The notes below the pieces were generated by a model, which saw only the letters and a list, made by a program, of their open reading frames with translations, ran no database searches and was not told the origin of the DNA. Below, in pieces: positions 1 through 12,119 of a stretch of 48,723 bases of DNA. Within the stretch, counting starts at the first letter, position 1; each line of letters begins with the position of its first letter. Source of the stretch: Octopus bimaculoides (Eukaryota); the NCBI RefSeq assembly GCF_001194135.2, contig NC_068984.1, forward strand, positions 144,285,140 to 144,333,862, given 5' to 3'. The translations under genes and the position numbers were made by a program.

Positions 1-8
1 GTGCATGC

Positions 9-41
<33 letters not shown>

Positions 42-44
42 CAT

Positions 45-77
<33 letters not shown>

Positions 78-360
78 TATACACATATATAAACACATAT
101 ATATATACACACACGTATAAACACATATATATATACATATAAACACACGCACACATATATATATATACATATAAACACACGCACACATATATATACACAT
201 ATAAACACATATATAAACACACACACACACATATGCACACACATAGATATATACAAGCACACATGAATATGCATGCACACGCACACGTGCGCACACATAC
301 GCAAGTGTACAGATAGGGAGTGAGATGTAGACAGATAGCTAAGAAAGAATCAATGCATAC
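1..360. repeat. Compound (TA)n/(TACA)n/(CA)n microsatellite block
   Basis: Direct reading of di- and tetranucleotide runs. Confidence 0.95.
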
Positions 361-568
361 ATACGTAAGATCAAAGCAGGGAAGGGGTTTCTAGAACGGC
401 GCAGGAATGGGGGAGCCTTTTGTAATGGGAACAGAGTGACACGAGAAAAGATTCTTCATGGTAGACTGAGGTAGACATAACCAACATACGAGACACAGAG
501 AGAGAGAGAGAGAGAAGATGGAAGCAACCAACACAGCCAATGCCATGATTCATCAGGTGTCGCATTAC

Positions 569-639
569 TTGCACTAATAGCAGTTGTGTTGTTGTTGTTG
601 TTGTTGTTGTTGTTGCTTCCTGTAGTTCTTTGAGCAAAG
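569..639 (-). CDS. Candidate exon (xLLKELQEATTTTTTTTTQLLLVQ) of the minus-strand gene
   Basis: Long polypyrimidine tract ending ..aacgcAG| at 640-642, possible donor CAA|GTAATG at 568; open when entered in phase 1; could instead be a terminal exon. Confidence 0.25.
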
Positions 640-730
640 CTGCGTTATTAATGAAATTAAAAAAAAAAAAGACAGGATTTGAAGAAAAAAAAAGAAAAAC
701 ATTTAGTGACAAGTGGATTATAGTTGTCAG

Positions 731-881
731 TTAATGACAGGACCCAGGCCGTGGGTAGAGCAGACAGGGAAGGGCTAACCACGAGTTTGATGTTAATGCC
801 ACCAGACTTGGAATTACAACCAAGATCAAAATGCTCCAATCAATATTATTATTGCTGTTGTTGTCGTCGTAATAAAACAGC
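731..881 (-). CDS. Candidate terminal exon with hydrophobic C-terminus (LFYYDDNNSNNNIDWSILILVVIPSLVALTSNSWLALPCLLYPRPGSCH*)
   Basis: Acceptor gtcctatcctatgtatcAG| at 882-884; the phase-2 frame is open for 49 codons; other phases stop early. Confidence 0.25.
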
Positions 882-1156
882 CTGATACATAGGATAGGAC
901 ACCAGACCAAAATAACATCTAATATCAACCAATGACAAATATTATTCTTTCCTCATCGCATAATTTTTTTTTTACTGGAATTTTTTTTTTTGTTTTCTTT
1001 CTTTCTTTCTTTCTCTTATACTCCATACATTAAGTATATTGACATTAACTTAACTATTGTTTTATCATGCAGATGCCATCTAAGAGTAATATATTCTTTG
1101 GAAATTTTTCTTCGCCAACCAACAAATAATTTCATACATTTATTAAGGTTGTGAAT

Positions 1157-1323
1157 TGGCAGAATTATTGAAATACCAGTAAAAAAGATGCTCTGCAATA
1201 TTTCTTGACTCATTATGTCCTGGGTTCAAATTCCATCAAGGCTGACTTTCCTTTCATCCTTCTGGTGTCAATAGAATGAACTTACCCCCTCCCTCAAAAA
1301 CTGCTGGCCTTGAGCAAAATTAG
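1157..1323 (+). mobile_element. Degraded tRNA-derived SINE (family with ctttcatcctttcggggtcgataaa core)
   Basis: B-box-like gggttcaaattcc followed by gactttcctttcatcctt, matching copies at 10080, 13984, 38273, 48523. Confidence 0.7.
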
Positions 1324-1559
1324 ATAAAATACTATACATTCACACAGTGATTTCCTCCCCACTACTTCAATAAGTATCATGAATTCTATATTTCACTGAT
1401 GAGGTGATAAGACTGAAACATGCTCAAAGTTGTTTCCCATGCTTGCTCAAGACTCAAGATAATATTAGTCACTGTCTAACATTATTTTAGTCAGGTTTTT
1501 AATGTTCTATGTTGTAATAAATATTAAAGAATAACATGCCTTACATTTCTACTTTTAAA

Positions 1560-1705
1560 TGTTGTTTAGCCCACAAGTCAGACCTGAGCAAAAACTATGA
1601 CAACAGACACTCCAGCCATGATCACCTTGAATTAAAAAAAAAAAGCCGCTACACACTAACAACCTGCTAGATATAGCTGTCAAATCTCCCATCACACCTT
1701 ACAGC
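1560..1705. mobile_element. Back-to-back fragments of the ctagaaatagcagccaaatctccc repeat family
   Basis: Reverse-strand 3' part (tgttgtttagccc..ccagccatgatcacc) followed by a forward head (cctgctagatatagctgtcaaatctccc). Related heads at about 8942, 13315, 27838, 31128, 34552, 34768, 38497, 39000, 39461, 44817; reverse copy at 41880-42070. Confidence 0.7.
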
Positions 1706-1876
1706 TTGGTTGTAAATTGCACCAGAAGGTTGGATATTATTTTTCAACCCTCAACAATTAAACAAGGATCAGTTTCACTTTTACTGTTCCTATTGAAATA
1801 AATTACCAAATAAGCATTCACTATACATATGCACCTATATTAAACTGAAAGTACCAGTTATACACGAGTTAAACAG

Positions 1877-1925
<49 letters not shown>

Positions 1926-2427
1926 TTCCTATTAAGCTACAAGTACCAGTTATATGTGTGTTTATATAACCCAATTAAGGTATAATTATTTAACAATAAT
2001 AAAACAAAACAAGCAACAGAACGACAGAATATGAAAATTTCATCATCAAATTCTGCCGGGACTGTCTGTTTTAATTTCTCCTGGTCAAGAAAACGAGTAC
2101 CAGTAGCGTACTGGTGTCACTTCCCTCAACTACAACCTTCCCTATAAAGCTGAGAACCTTGTGTTAAAGTTAAAAATCAATATTTATATGTATATATATA
2201 TATATACACACACACACACGAGGCTGTATGCCAAAGTAACAAATCAATATTATATAGAAATGGACCAAAGAACGTAGAATTAAAGCAGACAGCAGCAACG
2301 TAGATGTTTTATGGTGTATCGCGATTGGTGTGGTGGGGAAGGAAGAGAAGCCGCAATACAGTCAGGTCATCTTAGACTGAGCTGAGCTAATTGTGAACAG
2401 CAGGACGAGGTCAGTGTGTGACCTCAC

Positions 2428-2442
2428 CTTACTGTTTATTAC
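2428..2442 (-). CDS. Candidate 15-nt microexon GTAATAAACAGTAAG (VINSK in phase 0; stop-containing in phases 1 and 2)
   Basis: Roughly 35-nt polypyrimidine tract, then UGC, then ttAG acceptor; donor AAG|GTGAGG; unique flanks. Confidence 0.5.
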
Positions 2443-2630
2443 CTAAACACATGGCAGAAGAAAAATGAAAAGAAAAAGAAAAAAAAATGGGTGGGAAGTG
2501 AGATTCCAGAGTGATGTGTGTTCCACAGAAGAAAAACTACACGTGCGGGGGTGGTGGTGGGGAGGGAATCTAAGATGGGGTTGAAATTGAGAATGGTGGA
2601 AGAGAAGAACTAATTATATCTCGTAGGTTT

Positions 2631-2666
<36 letters not shown>

Positions 2667-2769
2667 AAGCTCGAGAGCCACTTGACGTGGTGGAAGAAGA
2701 GTTAACGAATACACGTGCATCCATCATTACAGTCAGAATAACAACTGTTCCATCAAAATACCTGAAACA

Positions 2770-2890
2770 ATGGTTTCGAATTTTGGCACAAGGCCAGCAA
2801 TTTTAGGGGAGGGGGAGTAAGTCGATTACATTGACCCCAGTGGGATTCGAACTCGGAATGCTGAGCAAAATGCTTAACAACATTTTGTCC
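2770..2890 (-). mobile_element. Internally deleted tRNA-derived SINE
   Basis: Reverse complement of the B-box (ggattcgaactcgga) joined to the 3' part (ggcacaaggccagcaatttt) of the same family. Confidence 0.7.
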
Positions 2891-3068
2891 ATCTTTACCT
2901 TCTAACAATTCTGCAATGCAATGATAACCTGTTTATATTACATTCTATGCAACAAATACTAACCTTTGTCAGTTATATTATAATCCAGACAACCTAACAT
3001 GAATCAGCTTATAACCCATACAACATAGCCTAACATTTATTAGTTATATTATAAACCAAATAACCTCG

Positions 3069-3407
3069 TTACCTCTGCTAAGGTAGAGGTATTGTTTTCA
3101 GTCTTGTCTGTTTGTCTGTGGACAAGATATCTCAAGAACTGCAAGATGGATTCGGGTGAAACTTTCAGGGATGTTTGGCCTTGTGACTGGCACAAACTGA
3201 TTAGATTTTGGGATCGATCCAGTACTAGACAAGGATTCTGGATTGTTTTTCCTGTTTTTTTTTTTTTTTAACTTAATTTTTGAGAGTAATCAGGTTTGTT
3301 TTTAATATTTCAGATTATTCTCATTTTAAAAATCATCTCCGGCTAATCATTAAGAGGATGTTGGTGTTGCCTTGGCAGGGGTTTGTGCTCTCTGAGTGTT
3401 CTTGTTT
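3069..3407 (+). mobile_element. Non-autonomous Helentron/HINE (DINE-1-like) element
   Basis: 5' subTIR TTACCTCTGCTAAGG, internal (gtct/gttt) microsatellite, 3' inverted copy CCTTGGCAGGGGT, terminal hairpin GTGCTCtctGAGTGT, then T-rich end. Confidence 0.7.
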
Positions 3408-3701
3408 ATATTACATTCCATACAACCTGTACAAACTGTTACCTTATTAATCATGCAATTTCCCTCAGTTACGTTATAACCCATGTGAAGGTGCAGGGCA
3501 TGGTGGCTGAGATGTTGCACTCAAGATCACCAGATTGTGTGGGGCTTGATTCCTGGACAGAGCAGCGTATTGTGTTCTTGGGCAGAACCCTGCGATAGAC
3601 GTGCTTTCTGATTGATCATGGGGATTGTTGACCTGCTCGCCTAGCCAGTGAGGTGGTATCATTCAAAAGCTAAAATAACACAAAGCACATTGTGACCAGT
3701 G

Positions 3702-3771
<70 letters not shown>

Positions 3772-3887
3772 CACATCATAACCCATACAACATATTATTT
3801 AAACATCCATCTGCTATATTCCATACAGCACATTCTAACTTTAGACTATCACAATTCATGAAATATACACTGACATCCATCCATTAA

Positions 3888-4105
3888 CCCTTTAGCATTT
3901 AAACAAGCCATATCCGGCCCAAATATGCCTCATTTTAAGCTCAGAGTGGCCCAGTCTAGCCTCTCACACCTACCCTACAATGTCATCCTAAAAATAGACA
4001 ATAATATCATTAAAATCTCAAAGCTATGAGACAATACATGACTATTTCAAAAGAATACGAATAAATAAACTTTACTCTTGGCACAGTAATTTGAACACTA
4101 AAGGG
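3888..4105. mobile_element. piggyBac-like MITE, 218 bp
   Basis: TTAA at 3884-3887 and 4106-4109; TIRs CCCTTTAGCATTTAAA / TTTGAACACTAAAGGG. Confidence 0.85.
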
Positions 4106-5724
4106 TTAAAATGGTCTATATAACAAATCCTAACGTTGATCTATCATATTACTTGTTCTTGTGACAGCATTGACCCAGGGTGGGTTGAGCCAGTTCTGAC
4201 CAATGAGTCCACCACATCCCTCATGAATGCTGACCACATCTGATGGTTGGCCCTAACGTTCCAGCAGGTAGAATAATGCTTCTGCCTGCAGCCCAAGAAT
4301 CCAGCTTGCAAATTTGACAAATGCCCAACTGGGAGTGCAAACACAACGGACAACATGGACGCCATAGCCATGGTTGTCATTCATTGTTGAGGTTCATGTT
4401 CGGAATTTCTGTGTTTCTGTGGGAATACAAGTTCACATGTGGTCCCCGGTCACATGCATTCACATTTTGGGATCGTGTGATCTGTAGCAACTCATCTTGC
4501 CGTCAATTGTCAAATGTCGCAGAGGATTTCCTGACTGAGTCACTGCTGATTATCGGAGCAGATGTAGCTTGGGCTTGAAGCAAATGGGACCTTAACAGGG
4601 GCTGCTACTCTAGGGTAGTGTAGACCTGGGAACACTAGTGCCTAAGAGATGGTTCCTGCAGTAAGACCCCACGACCAGATGCAATTTAAAGTCTTACTCA
4701 GAACTGTCATATTCCATGCAGGGACAAATAATTTTGTTTTAATAATTTTAAATAATTCACCTTCCAAAATCTGAAACTATGCAAACAAACAGATTCAATC
4801 CTTAGGACACCATCCGACCTCCATTTTAAAATAACATTTAAGCCCTTAGCATTCACATTGCAAATGTAATGCTTATTTATTCACATTATTTGGAATTAAC
4901 CATCCATTATTTTGTAGCTTCAAAATTTTGATGACATCATTGTATGATTCTAGAATGACATAATTTCAAAAGAGAATAAATACATGAAAGTACTAAATAC
5001 CGAGTTTATATAGATGGTTGTATGTACGTATGAGCGTATGTGTGCATATGAATTTATGCATGTGTACATGTACATCTGTGTGTATTCATCTGCATGTGTT
5101 AAAGTTCTGACATTCCGTCAACAATTATCTAAATATTTTAATGATAAATAACTAAACATGTTCTAACATAACAAATATGTTGTTCTCTCTTAACTTCCAT
5201 AAAAGCTCCATAACGAATGCCGCCCACTCTATCTCGCACAAGACTCGCCACACAGCAGCAACCCATTCGCTGTTTTAACATGCAATGACCCCAAATTCAT
5301 TACTGCAACATTCCCTCTTCTGTGTCACACCGAGAGACAGAGGATAGCCTATATCAATACATCCCATAAGTTACCCCATTTCACAATCTCACACAAGCCA
5401 CCCTCCTGAGTGCAGCCCTGCATTAACTACCATATCCCAATCCTTCTTCCCCATAACATCAAGCCCTCTGGAAATCTTCTCCCTGCTCATATCTTTCCTG
5501 CTAGTGTTCAACCTGCAACAGTTTAAAAACAGGACCAACAACAACAACACCAAGATTGCCACTCTCAGAGAGCCTGCAAAATGTCATGGGCACTGCCCCT
5601 TCCTCTGCACTCAGCAAATAAATGGAAAAAAAACAATAACATCATCACAAATACAATGCACTCCCACAATTTTTGCCCTTAAAAACTACTAATAGGTATT
5701 ACATTTTAATGTTTACACTCAAGT

Positions 5725-6195
5725 GGGCTGTATGGCTGCAAAGGTTGCTTCCCAACAATATGACCCTGGGTTCAGTCCCATTGTGTAGTACCCTGGGCAA
5801 GTGTCTTCTGCTATGACCATGAGCTGACCAAGATCATGTTAGTGGAATGGATATGATAGACAGAAACTGAAAGAAGCCTGTACTATATATATATATGCAT
5901 GCAGGCGCACACACACACACGCATGCACACACAGGTATGCATTTGCATGTGTGTGCAGGTGAGTACCCTTGTCAAGATATCACACAATGGCTATAAATGA
6001 GCATCACCAGCCTGCAAGTGAGCTCGTTTGTTTCCAGTCTCCCATGAAAAGCATGTCTGACCACGAGCAAATTGCTTCCTGAGAAACAGCAGAGATTTGG
6101 TAACAGGAAGGACATCTGGCCACAGAAAAACTTCAAGAAGTTCCATTTGACCCGGGCAAGCATGGAAAAGTAGATGTGAAATAATGATGAAGTCA
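5725..6195 (+). mobile_element. Full-length composite SINE: tRNA-like head, internal microsatellite, RTE-like 3' tail
   Basis: gggttcagtccc B-box, ctgggcaagtgtcttc core, (TA/CA)n, ..gcaagcatggaaaagtagatgtgaaataatgatga tail; same layout at 25418-25865. Confidence 0.8.
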
Positions 6196-6418
6196 AATGC
6201 TACCAGGCAACTCCAACCCCAATATTTATATCAAACTTCATACATTATACAAGTAAATATGATATTTACATGAAGTATTTAGTCCACTGGAGCTTTGAAG
6301 GCCATGTCTATGTGGGGGGCAGTTATCTGAGAAGTCACAAAAACCTGGCCTTCATACATGTAGAAGACCCAAAAGCTTCATGTGAACATGGACTCTTATA
6401 TCAAAGTGTAATAGTTAA

Positions 6419-6708
6419 CCCATTACCTCCCATAATTCTATTAACTGGAATTTTTTCATGAAACTTTGATTTCTAGCATAAAACAGCCTAAGAAACACGC
6501 TGAAATGATCAAAATAACATTTCAAAATAACATTTTAAATAGAAATAAGAGAGATATTGGGTGAAAAATTAGCAAACCTCATTTGAATATCAGAGAAATA
6601 TACCTAGTAGATATAGCAAAAAGGTTAGATATGTGTAAATATTGACAGATAATTATGAAATTTGTAATTCTTAAGTGATCTCATATGAGATCACTGGTAG
6701 GTAATGGG
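6419..6708. mobile_element. Second piggyBac-like MITE family, 290 bp
   Basis: TTAA at 6415-6418 and 6709-6712; TIRs CCCATTACCTCCCA / TGGTAGGTAATGGG (13/14). Confidence 0.85.
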
Positions 6709-7246
6709 TTAATTCATCCACATCACAAAAATAATGTTCCCTCCCATAATAAGAAGTCTGTAGCACAAAACATTGGCCCTTCCCCCCCCCTTCTTTCTGA
6801 GAACTATATTTACTCCAACCAAAACGATGGTCTCTGCTGACTCAAATCCTCAATGGTCTTCTCTCGTTAATTATGTTTATACTTTGGGTTTCTTTGTGGA
6901 CTATCAGACAACTTGTATACCATTGTTTTGGTTAAATTAAGGATAGGTGTGGTTCTGGAGAAGAACAACTGTCAAAATATTTAGTATGGGATTGTGGTGG
7001 AGGAAATGACAAGGAGGGGAGAAGAGTGAATATAGAGGGAGAGGTAGAAAGAGGGAGACACAAGACATGTGTAGTGATTAGACTGGATGACAAAGACAGG
7101 TGTATTAATTGGAGACAAGACAAGAGATGGGTCGACCAACAGTTGACTTGTGGGTGGAAATAGTCATTCAGAGAAATGCTTGAGTTTAGAGAACCAGTTT
7201 ATTGTTTGACAAGATGAATAAATTAGTTTAAAATTGACACACTAAA

Positions 7247-7630
7247 TACATATATACATACACACATATATATACATTCACATATAAACAAACATATATA
7301 CATTCACATATAAACATACATATATACATTCACATATAAATACACATATATACATTCACATATAAATACACATATATACATTCACATATAAACATACATA
7401 TATACACATGTCTGTAAATAATATATAAACATACATTCATATATATAGACATACATATAAACATAAATACACTTGTATATATAAATACATATACATATAC
7501 ACATCTATATAAATAAATATATATACATACATATATATACATATAAACATATATACACTTACATGTACCCATATATATATACATATAAATATATATACAA
7601 ACATGGATACATGTAGACACATATATACAT
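7247..7630. repeat. TA/CA-rich minisatellite (tatacattcacatataaa... unit, about 5 copies) plus microsatellites
   Basis: Repeated unit visible at 7270-7410. Confidence 0.9.
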
Positions 7631-8079
7631 ACATAGGTTGGAATACATCAGGGATATCACAATGTAATCTGACCAACCAGAAGACAGATGGAGTTTGAAG
7701 TAAACAGTAATAATTTCTCCATCTTGGCAGCCAGTTTAGAAAGACAACAAACAACTTTTCTAGTTCGACAGATTACAAGAGAACAGATGCCAATGCGGAG
7801 GTGAATCCTTGGAGATTTGATGCAAATTCTTCATCTCACAACCCACTACTACCACCAACACCACCGCCACTGAGTCTACTACCATTACATAATAACCTAT
7901 CTCTATGACTGTGCACCCCACAGCAGCCCTTTTTTCTCTTTCTTCATCAACTAATTAAGAACTATATACACAGATATTTACCAGAAATCCTGCAAACCAA
8001 TGTCTGTGAGTCAATAACCATTAGAACCACTATAGCATATGACAATTCTTTTCAGAAGGGCATGAACATCACAATTCAT

Positions 8080-8115
<36 letters not shown>

Positions 8116-8242
8116 TCTCTGGAGCTGAGGTCATCCCATGTCAGTAGTCCCACAAGCGTCATCATGCATAAAGTGAACCAGGTCCACCAGTGACCTCCCC
8201 ATCACTGGTAGTCCTGTGCCAGCCCCTCAGCATCCTCTAAGG

Positions 8243-8441
8243 CAGGGGTCTCCAAAGTGGTCGATAACGACCCCTGGGGGGAAGTCAATGGGACTATTCA
8301 AGGGGTTGATAAATGCACATCTACATAATTATTATTATTATGATTATTATTTTCTTGTATGTACCTTGGGGGTGGGGGGTCAATGGAGGGGTCAAGCATT
8401 CCATGAAGGGGTCGATGGTCTAAAAAGTCAGGTGACCCCTG
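8243..8441. mobile_element. hAT (Charlie-like) MITE, 199 bp
   Basis: Ends CAGGGGTC..GACCCCTG; 8-bp flanks CTCTAAGG / TTCTAAAG (6/8), close to the NTCTAGAN target. Confidence 0.8.
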
Positions 8442-8628
8442 TTCTAAAGTAACATCAAGCCTCTAGAGATGCAAAAACATAAGAAAACCATTTGATCCAT
8501 GTGAAGCAGTTACATAAAGTTAAGACCCATCATGAACAAGGAATGTTTTGGTTATTCTCTGTTGAGAAAACCTTCAATCAAGACAAAAAAACAAAAAAAT
8601 CCAACACAAAAAAATGACAGATGGTTAC

Positions 8629-8663
8629 TTGCAGATTCTTCTGATGCTCCAAGTTTCGAGCAA
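8629..8663 (-). CDS. Candidate 35-nt exon TTGCTCGAAACTTGGAGCATCAGAAGAATCTGCAA
   Basis: Acceptor ctcctaaaaccattgcAG|, donor CAA|GTAACC followed by T-rich intron start; all three frames open (xARNLEHQKNLQ / CSKLGASEESA / LLETWSIRRIC). Confidence 0.4.
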
Positions 8664-9682
8664 CTGCAATGGTTTTAGGAGTAGTGAGTAACGAAGGTCA
8701 TAAAGTTACTCTATTCAATTAATTATTTCAAATGCATTAGTAATATATTCCTGATTGGTTTTTCGTTTTTGCTTGGCTCAAACTCATCATATGTCAGATA
8801 ATTTGAAATATCAAGTGACTGAGATATGATGTCACAATCATTGCATTATTCATTTACTCCTAGATAGAGGTAGGTCCATTATCTTAACTGCTTTCGAATC
8901 CTTAGTTGAACAGGGCAGCTCTGAGTCAATGAAGGTGTCTGAGAAATAGCAGCCAAAATATCCCTCAAATCACACTCTGCTGTCTTAAAAAAAAGAAAAA
9001 GACAAATTGGATATGCCCAAATTAGACAACCTAATATACAGGCTTGGACAGGGAGTATTATACAGTTTGATGCCCTTCCTGTCACCAACTCTTACCTATA
9101 TTTCAAGTAAGAGAATCTATATTCTTCAGGTCTCTGAAAATATAATGACCTGCTGTAATGTTAACAAGGAATGTAAACATTAAAGCCATTTCACCACGAA
9201 CTGTTACAGACAAAATATCAGCATACACATGATGAGCTTCCTATGTTTTCCACCTAAAAAATTCACTGGCCAGGCATCAGTCAGCCCAGGGTTACAATAG
9301 AAAATACTTCCCCAAGATACTGTACAGTGAGATTGAACCTGAAGCCACACGACACACTCAGCTGTGCTTAGGGTAAAATTTAGAAAGGTCATGGCTGGAT
9401 CAGAAAAGGACCTGGGACTAACCTACAACAGGACCACTACAGGATGTTTATTTATAAAAATCATCATAGACCCCTACCAACACTTTGCTAAACTTAGGGA
9501 CAGAAATTGAACAGCCATGCATAAATAACACTGTGGCAAAGAAATGACATTTAGAGGAGAAATGTTCTGTCCCAGGGGGAAGAGAAGGAGGGTGGTGAAG
9601 AGACCGAATCAACAGTGCGTCAAACAAAAAGTGCTTTGTAATATTCAATTAAGTCTTTTCACATTCCAAACTTGGATCTTAC

Positions 9683-9781
9683 CAAAGTCAATTTCGTCTT
9701 TCGTCAGTCGATAAAACCGTACCAAATCAAAGACAAGTTAATATGATTATTGACTATTGACGACTTGGTGCCTGTCTTATA
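9683..9781 (-). promoter_or_regulatory. Candidate internal TATA/Inr promoter with a 69-nt first exon (9751-9683)
   Basis: TATAAGA at 9781-9775, TCA(+1)ATA exactly 30 nt downstream, CpG-rich exon, strong donor TTG|GTAAGA; no ATG in the exon. Confidence 0.4.
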
Positions 9782-10079
9782 TTATTAATCAATATCACAG
9801 TCCAAATGCAGGCTGGTCACTCAGTTGCTTCCATATCTCAGCCATGTACCTCACGCATTTTTAAACCAAAAGATTCAATATGAAATCTAGTAGGACTACA
9901 GGTTTCATGTAGTCCAGCCTCTCTCATTAACCAATTAAGTATGAATGAAGTCGTTTATAACTAACACACTAACCGAGTCGACATACTAATTAGCGAAGAG
10001 AATCTACACAACAGCACCATGCACCATCATCATTATTACTACTACAATCATCATCATCATCATTATTATTATAATTATT

Positions 10080-10250
10080 GCAGGGAGATGGCAGAACTGT
10101 TAGCATGCTGGACATAATGCTTGGCAGCGTTTCAACCATTGCTATGTTCTGAGTTCAAATCCTGCCATGATCAACTTTGCCTTTCAGCCTTTCGGGATCA
10201 ATAAAATAAGTACCAGTTGAACACTGGGGTCAATGTTACTCAACTAGCCC
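10080..10250 (+). mobile_element. tRNA-derived SINE
   Basis: tggcagaactgttag A-box-like, gagttcaaatcc B-box, ctttcagcctttcgggatcaataaaataagtaccag core. Confidence 0.85.
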
Positions 10251-10725
10251 CCCCCCCCCCGACCTATAGTATTATCATTATTATTATTATTATTGCTATA
10301 AAGGTGACAAGCAAACAGAATTGTCAATGTCAGAAGAAAAAAATACCTTGTGGTATTTGTTCTTGCTCATTACCTTTCCAAATCCTACCAAATTTTTGCT
10401 TTTTATCCATGTGGAGGATGACAAAAGAAATACTAGTCATGTACTGGAGTCACTAGCATTAGGGAAAGGACCACCAATAGTCTTTCAGCATGTGAACAGG
10501 GCATTCATGCCTGTTGCATCCCTGGAAGTTAGTCCTTCTTCCACGTGTGCGTTCTTGTTTGGGTTTTCTTTCCAATGGACAGTTTTGTTTTCAACAGCAC
10601 ACCTGTTTCTTTCTTCTCTCTCTCTTTGGCCAGGTAACCTTGTACTTCCTCTAAAGCACTGTTGCTGAATATCTCTTGTTGTGAGATTTAAAAACAGTAA
10701 TTTTCTAATTACTATTATTATTATT

Positions 10726-11279
10726 GAGTGAGAAAGCAGCGCATGCCATCAAAGTGACACTGGGGTAAAATATACGAAGCCCAGTATACCCATCATGACT
10801 ACCCGCCTGATAAGGGTACACCAGGCACATGCATCACAACCATATGTGCACGACATGGTAATCTCATATCAAGATAAACAGCTCATGACGTTACAGGTGG
10901 GGCCCAGTTAGAATTTTCTTCAAGTCGAGTAGCCCATCCTGCTCAAAAGGTCCTTGAATAAAGGTTGTTTGAGGATGTCGAACGAAATACCCATGCTTCC
11001 AAAGATGAATTATCCAAACCCCAAAGAATTCCTCTCAGCACATGGCTATGAAGCTCCCCCACTACTTCTGTTCATGATCAGAGATGCACATATCGTCAGC
11101 CATCAAAGGACATGCTCAACTGGTTAAGGTCAAACAAATGACAAGCAAATCTGTGTTATTGAGCAGAATATTTGCTGTAGCCCATCTTTTATACCAAGAC
11201 AAAACAACGTACATGATAACACTTCCAATCAATTAAGATCAGAAACCATGAGAGCAACTGCCTGGTACTGCATCAGGGC

Positions 11280-11282
<3 letters not shown>
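10726..11282 (-). mobile_element. About 555-bp interspersed element embedded in a (TAA)n microsatellite, possibly an R4/Dong-like 3' part or derivative
   Basis: Complex sequence bounded on both sides by (TTA)n; class assignment is inference from target type. Confidence 0.5.
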
Positions 11283-11315
<33 letters not shown>

Positions 11316-12119
11316 CATCATCATCTTTGCCTTTTGTATTTCCATTACACTGGAATCAGTGTAAGCAGCTTACTCCCTGCCACATAATTTCAGACAGGTG
11401 TCTTTGGTGGAAAGATCATCACCATCATATTCGCACACAGGTAGACTTCAGTTTCCAACCGCTGAACAAAATGACCACTAGGATCAATCAATAAGGTATC
11501 AATAACATACTGCAGCTAGATCAATACATTAAACATTCAACAATACAAAATATAGACCCATACCTAATCAATTCCTCGTCAATCAGAAGTCAGTCAGAAA
11601 TGCAGTAGAAATGGGAGAGCCGATCTAAATATCTTGTTATATTTATTGTCTTCCCTCTTCGTTCCAAGTTTCAATCTCTTTAGGGTTAAATACCAGAGAT
11701 CTATTGGGGTACCAATTTGACTGACTATAAATTCGTAGCAAACAACTGGTTCAGTGGTCTTCAGCAAGCACAAGCTGAAACCATTTTGGCTTCTTCCAAT
11801 TGGCACCGATTCAATTCTGCTGTTAATACTTCCTGGAAAACCATGAGCACCACAACTTTCCCTTGCAACACTAGACAGACGGTCAGAAAACTGGTAACAG
11901 CTGAATGAATTGTTAAAGGAATTCCTGATTGGGGCTTCTGACAGAAGGGGACACGTAAGAATATGTAGAGTGTCGCCATTATGGTGTTACTGTCATGGTA
12001 TCCCAAACATTGACAATATTCTATAACCAACACCTAGATGTCAACAAGTATCGTGGGACAATAAACAATGGTTTGTTGGAAAGAGTAAGAGCAGAATTCT
12101 TTAAACGGTATTTACTTAA

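Noticed and set aside
545-565. GACAC-CUGAUGAA on the minus strand, resembling the 16463 ribozyme start
   Set aside because: No stem II or GAAA follows
4144-4660. GC-richer stretch with short ORFs on both strands
   Set aside because: Multiple stops in every frame and no recognisable motif; probably an old TE remnant
9690-9710. CUGACGA-AAGAC-GAAA hammerhead-like core (minus strand)
   Set aside because: No stem II can form and no stems I or III
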